From: Mobula hypostoma
Lineage: Eukaryota
Assembly: GCF_963921235.1 (NCBI RefSeq)
Contig: NC_086097.1
Span: forward strand, 4,650,001 to 4,714,000
DNA length: 64,000 nt
Reading direction: 5' to 3'
Shown here: piece by piece, positions 1-12,740 of the stretch
How the letters are laid out: each line of letters starts with the position of its first letter
How positions within the stretch are numbered: the first letter of the stretch is position 1
Notes under the pieces: model-generated
What the model was told of the DNA's origin: nothing
The model's database searches: none
The model's input: only the letters and a program-made list of their open reading frames with translations
Program-made: the position numbers and the translations under genes

Positions 1-82
1 ACAACAATCTCCAGTTGTTATCTCACCGAACTTCAGTGGAAGAAGCCTGCTTGTATTTACCCATTTATACCCCTCATAATGG

Positions 83-295
83 TGCCACACGGTGGCGTAG
101 TGGTCAGCACAATCCCACTGCTGTCTATAAGGAGTCTGTATGACCCAAGACGGTGTGGGTTTCCTCCGGGTGTTCTGGTTTCCTCCCAAAGACATACCGG
201 TTGATAGGGTAATTGATCGCTGTAAATTGTCCCATGAATAGGCTGGGATTAAACTGGGGGTTGCTAGGCAGTGCCACGCTATATTTCAGTAAATA
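83..295 (+). mobile_element. tRNA-derived SINE (elasmobranch HE1-like); related copies near 12620, 15700-16210, 18030, 27035-27310, 39025-39350 and 59480-59725
   Basis: A-box-like GGTGGCGTAGTGG head, core GGGTTTCCTCCGGGTG..CTGGTTTCCTCCCA, A-rich tail; recurs many times in the window. Confidence 0.65.
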
Positions 296-934
296 AATTC
301 AAAGAATTCTATACCTCTATCAAATCTCTCCTACGTTCACAGGGATTAAAGTCTTAATTCTAATCAAACTTTTGTTATAACTTAGTCTTTCACTCCCGGC
401 AACATCCTCGTAAATTTTCTCTGTACTCTTTCAACCTTACCGACATCTTTCCCGTAGGTAGGAGACCAAAACTGCACACAATACTCCAAATTAGGCCTCA
501 CCAATGTCTTCTACAACTTCAACATAACATCTCAGCTTCTCTACTCACTAGATTGATTTATGAAAGCCAACGTGCCAAAAGCTCTCTACGACGCTATCTG
601 CTGTGACTCCGCTTTCAAGGAATTCAAACATCCTCTATTCAAACAATTGCTACGGATTGTGATACTTACAAATGATCCTCGGAGGTAAAAAGTTACAACT
701 TGTGGGAAGACCTTGAAAGATGGCAGTGGAGGCCGTACACATATCGAATGATTATGAGTCTAAATTTAAGAGCAGCATATTTAAAATGTTAGTCAGTATT
801 CAAATATACAAGATGAAACACTATTTAATGGCAGATACACAGCAATTCTAAGGTTGCATCGGAATCAAGGAGTCCAAGTGGACGTTTTCAAATGGCCAAG
901 TTCCAACAGCATGGGAACAAAACAGTTAGCTGTC

Positions 935-1770
935 ACTCTAATTACGGACAGAGAGGTGCAGAGGAGGTTTACCGGGATGCCATCTGGATTAGAGGGCACG
1001 TGCTATGAGAGACTGGACAAACTTGGGTTGTTTCTCTAGAGCGACGGAGGCCGAGGGGAGATCAGATAGAGGCTTACGACAAACTTTTGTAGATTATGAG
1101 AGGCATAGATAGAGTAGAGAGACAGTTGCTTTATCCCAGGGTTGAAATGTCTAATACCAGAGAGCATGCATTGAAGGTAAGAGGGGATCATTTCAAAGGA
1201 GTTTTTTCCCTTTACACAGAGAGTGGTGGGTGCCTGGAATGTGCCATCTGGGCTGGTGGTAGAGGGACTTTTGAGAGACGTTTAGATAGGCACATGAAAG
1301 CAAGGAAAATGGAGGGATATGGGCACTGTGTAGGCAGAAGAGTTTGGCTCAGCTCGCTATTAGATTACTAATTTACTCGGTTCAGCACAATATACCCATG
1401 ATGGGGGAGGCTAGTACGAGAGGGCACGACTTAAGGATTGAAGGACGCCCATTCAGAACAGAGATGCGAGGAAACTTTTTTAGCCAGGGGGTGGTGAAAC
1501 TCTGGAATTTGTTGCCACGGGCAGCAGTGGAGGCCAAGTCATTGGGTGTATTTAAGGCAGAGATTGATAGGTATCTGAGTAGCCAGGGCATCAAAGGTTA
1601 TGGTGAGAAGGCGGGGGAATGGGACTAAATGGGAGAATGGATCAGCTCATAACAAAATGGCGGAGCAGACTCGATGGGCCGAACGGCTGACTTCTGCTCC
1701 TTTGTCTTATGGTCTTATATTGTGGGCCAAAGGGCCTGTTTCTGTGCTCGACTGTTGTATGTTCTGTGTA
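935..1770 (+). mobile_element. Nested 5'-truncated CR1 LINE 3' fragments
   Basis: CR1 ORF2 C-terminal peptides (TRGHDLRIEGRPFRTEMRGNFFSQGVVKLWNLLP) and CR1 3' UTR motifs. Confidence 0.8.
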
Positions 1771-2567
1771 TAGGTGTCCTTATCTAAATCATACCTCTTA
1801 TCTATTGTACTATTTTGACCTCTCATTTATCTAAAATCTCCTTTAATAAATGACATGAAGTTGCCCCATGTTGCGCACTCTAAACATTCCAGGAGCGCCA
1901 GTCAGTTGAATACTCTCTGGTAGATGTAAACCACTGCTCTAAGTCAATGTTTCTACGTCCTTTAAATTATCTGCAGGGCTGAAATGCTAACAATATTCTA
2001 AACAAGTTTCTTTACATTTAATAAAACCTCTTCCTTTCAATTCTTTTCTTTGGAAATAAATTCAATGCACTGCGTTTCTTAAAAATAACTTGCATTACTA
2101 ATCTAGTCATTATCTGCACACACAGATTCTTTGGCTCTTGTGTTGTCTTTGGACTCTGAGGGGTAAAGGTCATTCAACCCAAACACAACACGCTGAAGTG
2201 GCAACATGTCATCTTGCTTGAGGCCTATAGATGATGCAAACACTGAGACAGAGCTCAATGTCAGCACCTATAACCTTACTACTTTGCAAACAGCAGATGC
2301 CAAACTCTCGCTACCAGTGGAGTGCAGCCAAAAGTCACTCAGTGACCAACTGCAGTGGAAGCTCTGAGCTCTGCCATTTGAGCCCAGGCTCCCACCCTCC
2401 ACTGTTGCATTGGTCTCGCGGGCCATCACTCCCTTGCCACCCAGTCACTGAGATTGTCGCTGCTTTCTCCAGAGGGGCGATTAGCGCTTCTGTACAATAA
2501 CATCATTCACATACCTGCCCTGCTACTCAAGATGGTGCTATCTGACAACATGCTATATTGGTCCAGG

Positions 2568-3030
2568 GAGATCTCCATCCTTTCATAGACCCTGAACAGA
2601 GATTTTCATCTTTTCACTGACCCTGAACAGAGATCATCATCCTTACACAGACCCTGAACAGAGATTTTCATCTTTTCACTGACCCTGAACAGAGATCTTC
2701 ATCCTTTCACTGAGACCTGAACGGAGATCTCCATCCTTTCACTGAGACCTGAACAGAGATTTTCATCTTTTCACTGACCCTGAACAGAGATCTTCATCCT
2801 TACACTGACCCTGAACAGAGATCCTCATCCTTTCACTGAGACCTGAACGGAGATCTCCATCATTACACTGACCCTGAACAGAGATCTCCATCCTTTCACT
2901 GAGACCTGAACAGAGATTTTCATCTTTTCACTGACCCTGAACAGAGATCTTCATCCTTTCACTGAGACCTGAACGGAGATCTCCATCATTACACTGACCC
3001 TGAACAGAGATCTCCATCCTTTCACTGAGG
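2568..3030. repeat. Minisatellite with a 31-33 bp unit (ACTGA[GA]CCCTGAACAGAGATCTTCATCCTTTC), about 14 copies
   Basis: Direct tandem repeats visible in the sequence. Confidence 0.95.
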
Positions 3031-3487
3031 CCTGCATCAACATGTCCATCCTTCATGACTAGCTGCTAGCTGTCATTACAAACAAACAACCACACATTAG
3101 CTTGGCTGTAGCCTATTGTGCAGAGATGTAGAAGAGTTAGGAGAAGACAGGTACTAAAGGCATGGTGATTAATTAACTTACGGGGTAGTGGGGTTAAAGA
3201 TAATCCTGGTACTTTCAAGGCTTAGAAATGAAGCATAGGGCCATGGTTAGAGGGGATACCTCTTACATTTCCAAACCATCTATTAGATTACTATAGCAGG
3301 TGAATATGGCGGGTACAGCAGATTGCTTTAGAATAAGTATGCATTTACACTTCCTGTTTCAGGATGATCCTCCAGTAGTTACAGATCATTATATCACAGA
3401 ATCAGCTCCTTCAGCCATCTGTTGTGCCCAGTACAATAGAATCTACGCTGCTCCCTAAATTATTAATTTTCAAATGACTGAGTATTA

Positions 3488-3871
<384 letters not shown>

Positions 3872-4669
3872 TCAGAAAAGATACAAATAAGTTTATATTG
3901 CTAACAAAATTACTGTTCGCAAAGTGCACATTATCTTTTGTATTACATACAAAATCCTAGCAGTACCAACTCATTTCATCTAATGTACTGCAATACAACT
4001 GAACAAATCATTTCAACCACCATTCACACATAATCAAATAATTTCAAGTTATCGTCTTGCCATTTTAAAATGAATTTCAAGCATTCAAGATTGTTTAATG
4101 TCATTTCCAGTACACAAGAGTAAAGGAGAGCAAAATAATTGTTATTCCAGGTTACGATGCAGCATAGAAAAAACACAAAAAAAGATTTTAAAAAAGACAA
4201 TAAATATATACTTAAGATAGCTTATACACATAGATTGATTGCATGCCCATACGGTGACGCTACGCACAGGGGTGTCTGTACATAAGGTGTCTGACAGGAA
4301 ATGAAGTAGTGATGGTGGGGGATGTGGAGGGGTGGGTTACTGGGTGGAGGAGTTGATCAGCTGTGCTGCTTGGGGAAAGAAAGTAGGCTGTTTTTGAGTT
4401 TGATGGTCCTGGTGTGGATGTTACGTAGCCTCCTCCCTGTTGGGAGTGGGACAAACAGTGCATGAGCAGGGTGGCTGGGATCCTTCATGATGCTACTGGC
4501 TCTATTTTTTAAATAATTACTGTATTAAAATCATTGCTTATGTTTTTCACTCAATTGCTTGTAATCATATTATCCTGATAAAGGGTCTCAGCCCAAAACG
4601 TTGACTGCTTATTCATTTCTTTCGATGCTGCCTGACCTGCTGAGCTCTTCCAGCATTTTGTGTGTGGAT

Positions 4670-5369
4670 GTGTGCTTTGCCCACTGCTCTTTTCCCTCTA
4701 TACCAATGACTGTGTGGCTGGGCACAGCTCAAATGCCAGCTATAAATTTGCCAATGATACAATTATTGCTGGCAGATTTTCAGATGGTGTCAGGAAGGTG
4801 TACAGGAGTGAGACAGATCAGCTGGTTGAGTGGTGTCACAGCAATAACCTTGCACTCAACATCAGTAAGACCAAAGAATTGCTGAGGACCAGATAGGGTA
4901 AGGTGACGGAACACATTCCAGTCCTCATAGAGGGTTCAGAATTGGAAAGAGTGAGCAATTTCACATTCCTGAGGGTCAACATCTCTGAGGATCTTTCCTG
5001 GGCCCAACGTATCAACGCAGTTACAAAGAAGGCACAACAGTGGCTACATTTCCTTAGGATTTTGAGAAGATTTGATGCGTCAACACATAGACACATGCAA
5101 ATTTCTACACCTGTACCGTGGAGAGCATTCTAACCAGTTGCATCACCGTCTGGTATGGGGGGTGCAGTTCTATTGCACAAAGCTGCAGGAAGTTGTAAAC
5201 TCAGTCAGCTCCATCACGGGCACGAGCCTCCGTAGTACCCAGGACATCTTCAAGGAGCGATGCCTCAAAAAGACTGCATCTATAATTAAGGACCTTCACC
5301 ACCCAACTCATGCCCTCTTCTCATTGCTACCATGAGGGAAGTGGTACAGAATCCTGAAGGCACACATTC
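4670..5369 (+). mobile_element. Rex1/Babar-type LINE RT fragment, interrupted by a CR1 and resuming at about 10049-10270
   Basis: PLLFSLYTNDC..KFANDT..LALNISKTKEL..VNISEDLSW..KKAQQWLHFLR; the 3' tail (AAACCTGATTCTGATTCT) follows the CR1. Confidence 0.8.
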
Positions 5370-6759
5370 GGAGCAAGAAGGCTGCGAGTGAACGGCTGAT
5401 TTTCAGAGCCAAGGCAGTTTTTACCACTCAGGATAAAAGAGAGGCAAGACTGCGCAGGCGCGTGACGTCAGCCAGTAGAGCGCGAAAGGTTTAAAAAGAA
5501 GACGGCCATATCCAGCGGGTAGCGTTTCGAGCGGGCAGCAGTGATAGGGCTTTGGCTCAATGGGCTTAGGCAGTAATGGGACAAGGCGTTTACCGGTGTT
5601 ATTTGCAGAAAGGAGAAAGTATGAGTGTGAGGCCAATTCTCTGTGCTCAGTGTCAGATGTGGGAAGTCCTGGAGTCTCCCAGCCTCCCGGACGGCCGTAT
5701 CTGCGCCCGGTGTGTCAAGCTGCAGCCCCTGAGGGACCGAATTAGGGAACTGGAGATGCAGCTTGATGACCTTCGCCTGGTCAGGGAGACAGAGGAGGTG
5801 ACAGAAAGGAGTTATAGGCAGGTGGTCACACCGGGGCCACAGGAGACAGACAAGTGGGTCACAGTCAGGAGAGAGAAGGGGAAGAGTCAGGTACTAGAGA
5901 GTACCCCTGGCTGTACCCCTTGACAATAAGTACTCCTGTTTGAGTACTGTTGGGAGGGGGAGACAGCCTACCTGGGGGAAGCAACAGTGGCCGTGCCTCT
6001 GGCACAGAGTCCAGCCCTGTGGCTTAGAGGGTAGGGAAAGGAAGAGGAAGGCAGTAGTGATAGGGGACTCTATAGTTAGGGGGTCAGACAGGCAATTCTG
6101 TGGATGCAGGAAAGACACTCGTATGGTTGTTTGCCTCCCAGATGCCAGGGTCCAGGATGTTTCAGATCGCGTCCAAGATATCCTGCAGTGGGAAGGAGAA
6201 CAGCCAGAGGTCGTGGTACATTTGGTACTAATGACATAGGTAGGAAAAGGGAAGAGGTCCTGAAAACAGAGTACAGGGAGTTAGGAAGGAAATTGAGAAG
6301 CAGGACCACAAAGGTAGTAATCTCGGGATTACTGCCAGTGCCACGCGACAGTGAGTATAGGAATAGGATGAGGTGGAGGATATGTACGTGGCTGAGAGAT
6401 TGGAGCAGGGGGCAGTGATTCAGATTTCTGGATCATTGGGAACTCTTTTGTGGCAGGTGTGACCTGTACAAAAAGGACGGGTTGCACTTGAATCCCAGGA
6501 GGACCAATATCCTGGTGGGGAGGTTTGATAAGGCTACTGGGGAGAGCTTAAACTAGAATTGTTGGGGGGTGGAAACTGAACTGAAGAGACTGGGGAAGAG
6601 GAGGTTGGCACACAAACAGAGAAAGCTTGTAGACAGTGCGAGAGGGAAGATAGTCAGGTGATAGAGAAGGGACACGCTCAGACGGAAGGTTTGAGATACG
6701 TCTATTTTAACGCAAGGAGTGTTGTGAACAAAGCGGATGAGCTTAGAGCGTGGATCAGG

Positions 6760-7500
6760 ATGGAGGAGTTCAGAGACCAGGTGAGATCCTCAGAAATGTG
6801 GACATCAAGGAACTTGAAGCTTGATACATGCTCCACTACAGCTCCATTGATGTAGATGGGGACGTGAGTATGGCTCCTAGCATGCCAGAAGTCCACAATG
6901 ATCTCCTTGGTCTTCTGGGTGTGAAGGGCCAGGTTGTTGTCGGCACACTGCGTGGCCAGGTGCTGGACCTCATCCCTGTAGGCAGTCTTGTTGTCCCCTC
7001 TGATCAGGCCAACCACCGTGGTGTCGTCTGAGAACTTGATTATGGAGTTTGAACCATGCACAGGAATGCAGTCATAGGTGAAAAGGGAATACAGAAGAGG
7101 GCTCAGCACACAGCCTTGAGGCACACCGGTGTTCAGGGTGAGAGTGGAGGAGGAGAGGTTGTATAACTTAACTGATTGGGGTCTGGTAGTCAGAAAGTCC
7201 AAGGTCCAATTGCAGAGGGATGAGCTGATACCAAACTGGCGAAGTTTAGCGATCAGTTTGGAGGGGATCACAGTATTGAATGCCGAACTAAAGTTAATGA
7301 ACAGCATTCCCACGTAAGAGTTGGGGCTGTCCAGGTGGATCAGGGCAGAGTGAAGTGCTGTGGAGATGGCGTCCTCTGTTGACCTGTTGGGGGTCCAGTG
7401 CTGTGGGCAGACAGGATTTCAGATGTAATAAAATAAGTCTCTTAAAGCACTTTGCAATGATGGGGGTGAGTGCAACTGGGCAGAAGTCATTCAGGCCCGA
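6760..7500 (-). mobile_element. Rex1/Babar LINE RT fragment inserted antisense in CR1 ORF2
   Basis: ORF 6702..7313(-): [35 protein letters not shown]; closely similar to the copy at 23570-24900. Confidence 0.9.
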
Positions 7501-9352
7501 TGGCTCAGGGGCAGGAATGGTTACTTCAAGTGCCAGGTTTTAAATGTTTCAGAAAGGACAGGGAGGGAGGCAAAAGAGGTGAGGGCATGGCACTATTGAT
7601 CAGAGATAGTGTCACGGCTGCAGAGAAGGTGGACGCCATGGAGTGATTGTCTACGGAGTCTCTGTGGGTGGAGGTTAGGGACAGGAAGGGGTCAATAACT
7701 TTACTGGGTGTTTTTTATAGGCCGCCCAATAGTAACAGGGTTATCGAGGAGCAGATAGGGAAACAGATCCTGGAAAGGCGTAATAATAACAGAGTTGTTG
7801 TGATGGGAGATTTTAATGTCCCAAATATCGACTGGCATCTCCCTAGAATGAGGGGTTTAAATGGGGCGGAGTTTGTTAGCTGTGTTCAGGAAGGTTTCTT
7901 GACACAATATGTAGATAAGCCTACAAGAGGAGAGGCTGTACTTAATTTGCTATTGGGAAATAAACCTGGTCAGGTGTCAGATCTCTCGGTGGGAGAGCAT
8001 TTTGGAGATAGTGATCATAATTCTATCTCCTTTACAATAGCATTGGTGAGAGATAGGAACAGACAAGTTAGAAAAGCGTTTAATTGGAGTAAAGGGAATC
8101 ATGAGGCTATCAGGCAGGAAATTGGAAGCTTAAATTGGACACAGATGTTCTCAGGGAAAAGTATGGAAGAAATGTGGCAAATGTTCAGGGGATATTTGTG
8201 TGGAGTCCTGCATAGGTACGTTCCAATAAGACAGGGATGTTATGGTAGGGTACAGGAACCGTGGTGTACAAAGGCTGTAATAAATCTAGTCAAGAAGAAA
8301 AGAAAAGCTTACAAAAGGTTCAGAGAGCTAGGTAATGTTAGAGATCTAGAAAATTATAAGGCTAATAGGAAGGAGCTTAAGCAGGAAATTAGGAGAGCCA
8401 GAAGGGGCCATGAGAAGGCCTTGGTGGGCAGGATTAAGGAAAACCCCAAGGCATTCCACAAGTATGTGAAGAGCAAGAGGATAAGACGTGAAAGAATAGG
8501 ACCTATCAAGTGTGACAGTGGGAAAGTGTGTATGGAACCGGAGGAAATAGCAGAGGTACTTAATGAATACTTTACTTCAGTATTCACTATGGGAAAAGGA
8601 TCTTGGTGATCGTAGTGATGACTTGCAGCAGACTGAAAAACTTGAGCATGTAGGTATTAAGAAAGAGGATGTGCTGGAGCTTTTGGAAAGCATCCAGTTG
8701 GATAAGTCACTGGGACCGGATGAGATGTACCCCAGGGTACTGTGGGAGGCGAGGGAGGAGATTGCTGAGCCTCTGGCGATGATCTTTGTATCACCAATGG
8801 GGACGGGAGAGGTTCCGGAGGATTGGAGGGTTGCAGATGTTGTTTCCTTATTCAAGAAAGGGAGTAGAGATAGCCCAGGAAATTATAGACCAGTGAGTCT
8901 TACCTCAGAGGTTGATAAGCTGACGGAGAAGATCCTGAGAGGCAGGATTTCTGAACATTTGGAGAGGTATAATATGATTAGTAATAGTCAGCATGGCTTT
9001 GTCTAGGGCAGGTCGTGCCTTACGAGCCTGATTAAATTTTTTGAGGACATGATTAAACACATTGAAGGAGGAATTAATGGTCAGACTCTTGGCACTGTGG
9101 AGGATCAGAGGGATATTGGGGTCCGAGTCCATAGGACACTCAAAGCAGCTGCGCAGGTTGACTCTGTGGTTAAGAAGGTGTATTGGCCTTTATCAATCGT
9201 GGAATTGAATTTAGGAGCCGAGAGGTAATGTTGCAGCTATATAGGACCCTGGTCAGACCCCACTTGGAGTACTGTGCTCAGTTCTGATCGCCTCACTACA
9301 GGAAGGATGTGGAAACCATAGAAAGGGTGCAGAGGAGATTTACAAGGATGTT

Positions 9353-9590
9353 AACAACAAGAATTCTGCAGATGCTGGAAATTCAAGCAACACACATCAA
9401 AGTTGCTGGTGAACGCAGCAGGCCAGGCAGCATCTATAGGAAGAGGCGCAGTCGACGTTTCAGGCCGAGACCCTTCGTCAGGACTAACTGCAGTTAGTCC
9501 TGACGAAGGGTCTCGGCCTGAAACGTCGACTGCGCCTCTTCCTATAGATGCTGCCTGGCCTGCTGCGTTCACCAGCAACTTTGATGTGTG
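9353..9590. mobile_element. Penelope-like inverted terminal-repeat insertion (perfect palindrome 9389-9592) with 13-bp TSD
   Basis: TSD TTACAAGGATGTT at 9340-9352 and 9591-9603; the arms are exact reverse complements (identical ORF translations on both strands). Confidence 0.85.
9496..9531 (+). ncRNA. Minimal type I hammerhead ribozyme motif (mirror copy at 9450-9485 on minus)
   Basis: Stem I AGTC/GACT, core CTGACGA, stem II AGG-gtctcgg-CCT, GAAAC, cleavage triplet GTC; helix III reduced to palindromic ACGT. Confidence 0.7.
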
Positions 9591-10429
9591 TTACAAGGAT
9601 GTTGCCTGAATTGGGGAGCATGCCTTATGAGAATAGGTTGAGTAAACTCAGCCTTTTCTCTTTGAAGTGACGGAGGATGAGAGGTGACCTGATAGAGGTG
9701 TATAAGATGATGAGAAGCATTGATCATGTGTATAGTCAGAGGCTTTTTCCCAGGGCTGAAATGGTTGCCACAAGAGGACACAGGTTTAAGGTGCTGGGGA
9801 GTAGGTACAGAAATGTCAGGGGTAAGTTTTTTTACACAGTGAGTGGTGAGTACGTGGAATGGGCTGCCGGCAACGATGGTAGAGGTGGATACGATAGGGT
9901 CTTTTAAGAGACTTTTGGATAGGTACATGGAGCTTAGAAAAATAGGGAGCTATAGGTAAGCCTAGTAATTTCTAAGGTAGGGACGTGTTCGGCACAACTT
10001 TGTGGGCCGAGGGGCCTGTATTGTGCTGTAGGTTTTCTATGTTTCTATGATTCAGGAACAGCTTCTTCCCCTCTGCCATCCGATTTCTGAATGGACGTTG
10101 AACCCATGAAGACTACCTCCCTACTTTGTTTTTGCACTACTTACTTAATTTAACAAAAATATTTTGACCGTAATTCACAGTTTTAGTATTATATATTGCA
10201 TTGTACTGCTGCCACAAAATGACAAATTTCACGACATATGCTGGTGATATTAAACCTGATTCTGATTCTTTTCTTTGATTAGAAAAAAATTCTACTTTCA
10301 GCGCGTTGCTTGAATTGTTTGAAGCATGAACAGAGAGGATGTCAGGAAAATTAAATAATATTGGCATCCACAACAGTAGAATTTTACTTTAAACAGTACC
10401 GTGAAAACATCTTAGGCACAGTACAGAAG

Positions 10430-11005
10430 CCCTCTGTTAGTTGGGGTTGACCATGGAGGTTAGACTCTGGCTGTCATCCCCATGCCAGGGCAGTACGATA
10501 TGGAGAGCAAGCTGTTGCTCAGGCAGCAGGCTCCCCCTCTCCACACAGCTGATGAATCCATAGGAATGGCAGAGACCGATATGGTTCAGCACTATCAGCA
10601 TCACAGGGGTTGCCAGTCAGCATTGAACTCAATGTAGAACCGCCTTAGAGACACCAGCTTCAGATTTTTCCTCAGGGTTTAATCCTGAAGCCTTCCCCAT
10701 GAGTGGGTGTAGCCACAAGGCAGCAGAGGTTTGAGATCAGAGTTTTCCTTCTCCTTGATGAGCTGCCAACCAAGGCTGACGAACTCCATCAGCCAAAAGC
10801 GCTGGTTTTAAAGCACCAGTAACCCACCTTTGTCTCTTCTCCTGTCAGTAGAAATGGCTCCATTGGGCTGAGTAGATAAGTCACATGCGAAGGCCAGGAG
10901 CTGGATGATTTTTCTAATTCAGGTGTACACTACTCAGGGAATTTAATAGATAGTGGAAACTTATCCCCACTAACTCCCCACTCCCTGACTACAACAATAT
11001 TAAGG
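10430..11005 (-). mobile_element. Interspersed repeat, probably a non-autonomous RTE-clade element; other copies at about 27640-28560 (-) and 29503-30090 (+)
   Basis: Three mutually similar copies (CCCACTCATGGG..GGCTTCAGGAGTAAACCC..GGAGCTGGAGTCCCTAAG); clade assignment is inference. Confidence 0.55.
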
Positions 11006-12364
11006 AACCTGCACATGCGTAATCTTATTGTTATTTGCTACCATGCCTGTTAACACAGGGAACTAGCTAGGTAAATGTTTGTGCTCGGCCAGGAGAAGGG
11101 GAAGCCGGTGGGCAGGCTGGAAAAGTTGAAGCCGGTGGAGAAGGAACCGATCTGGGTGCAGACCATGTTGTTGCCTGCTACTCGAAGACATCGGAGTTGG
11201 TGAGCGAAAGCAGCTTGCAGTGTAACCATGACTGTCTTAGATGTTTCTCTCGCAATCTCAAGACCCTGTTGTACATTGGTGATGTGAGGTGCCTCAGGCC
11301 TGTTTCCCTTGTTGAGTGGTGAGACAGGTGATGAGGCAGCATCGTGGCCTGGTTGTAGCAAGGACTCGGCCTCAAGCGGGCTTGCCTGCTGCAGCAGTCC
11401 AGGTGAGACGACACTGGAGCTGGTTTAGCATGCAGTCTGTGCTCGGTTGGGAGCTGGCCTCTCCTGTCTGTGCTGCCCTCCAGTATTTGACAAGCAGAAT
11501 GACAGGCTGGATTGCTGGGAGCTGCTCCATCAATTTGCATGTCACTCAGGGACTTGGATTATATCGTTTTCCTGCAGAATGAGAGTGAGTGTGTGAGTGT
11601 GTGTGTGTGTGTGTGTTTGTTTGTTTTGCACCTGGCCCCAGAGGAATCTGCCTCACTTAACTGTATCCATGTATGACCTGAATGATAATTAAGCTTGATT
11701 TGATTTGATCTCATCTCATCTATCTTCACCTTTGATAATCCAAGCTACAGAACCAAGCATGTCAGCTGAAATCTGAGGTACCTAATTTTAATCATCTCCA
11801 ATGTAATTTTTAACTCAACAAGAGTCCTTGAAGAAGAGTTTTTACATAATACACAAAGCTACACCACCCAACCTCCCCATTTGATATGATGTTCTCCGAG
11901 TTAGAGTCAGGCCAATAAATGGTACTGAAGTAATTTCAATAAGAAAGCAAGAGTGATTTACTTTGAAAGTTTAACTTATTGTTCAACGTACCAATTCAAA
12001 ATTCAAGTTTATTTATCACAGGTACACTGAAACATACAGTGAAATGCGCCATTTGCATTAACCAGCAGACCAGACGATGTGCTGGGGGCAGCCTGCAAGT
12101 AGTACCACAAATTCTGGCGCCATCATAGCATCCCCATAAACCTTGGCAAAGCAACACAGAACACAATGAACAACAAAACAAGCCCCATATTCCTCCCTCC
12201 TGCCCACACAGCCCTCCACCCCAGGTCAGACTGTCTTCAGCCCCCTGTGTAGAAAATGCACCTGGGTTGAAAATGATCTATGACAACTCACTTCAGTTTA
12301 GCATGATGTGAGAAATGTGGAATTTTTAGATCCTATGATGATAGAAGTGTGCATTAATGTTCAC

Positions 12365-12489
12365 CTGTAATCCAAATAGGCGACTGGACTTCATAGTGCC
12401 CACTCCATGGTTCCTCTGCTGTCATCAGCCCATCCAAACCAAACGGTAGCTCATTATAGTAACTTGCCAACAGATTCCATGCGATTGTA
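12365..12489 (-). CDS. GALC: GALC exon 9 (125 nt), [41 protein letters not shown](A)
   Basis: Lies inside ORF 12354..12551(-); acceptor gttag|T, donor ACAG|gtgaac; phase 2/1. Confidence 0.97.
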
Positions 12490-12740
12490 CTAACACAGAA
12501 AAAGAAAAGCACTGAAATGTGATTTAACATCACAATAAACATCAAAAACATTTTAACCTTGAGAGTCCTGATCTTTTCATTTTATGATTCAAGCATCTTC
12601 ACAACCACGGTTAATGTTAGTGTGTCATGGTAGTGTAGGAATTGGCAGGACACTATTACAGCTCAGGGCATTGAAAAGTTTGGAGTTCAATTCTGCCACT
12701 GTCTCTAAGGAGTTTGTACATTCTCCACGTAACCATATAG

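Larger units (their letters stand above)
5370..10048 (+). mobile_element. Near full-length degenerate CR1 LINE (5' UTR; ORF1 with zinc finger, coiled coil and SGNH esterase; ORF2 with APE and RT, internally deleted; 3' tail)
   Basis: ORF1 CAQCQMW..CARC..LEMQLDDL and VVIGDSIVRG; ORF2 FNARSV.NKADEL, GVFYRPP, VMGDFN, NYRPVSLTS, QHGF; ends in (TTTCTATG)n. Confidence 0.93.

Noticed and set aside
83..200. tRNA gene
   Set aside because: Only a degenerate tRNA-like SINE head; no cloverleaf.
2568..3030. CRISPR-like repeat array
   Set aside because: The units are head-to-tail with no unique spacers, in a eukaryotic intron; it is a minisatellite.
7647..8609. 320-aa ORF as a host gene
   Set aside because: It is the CR1 ORF2 endonuclease/linker region, followed by frameshifts and deletions.
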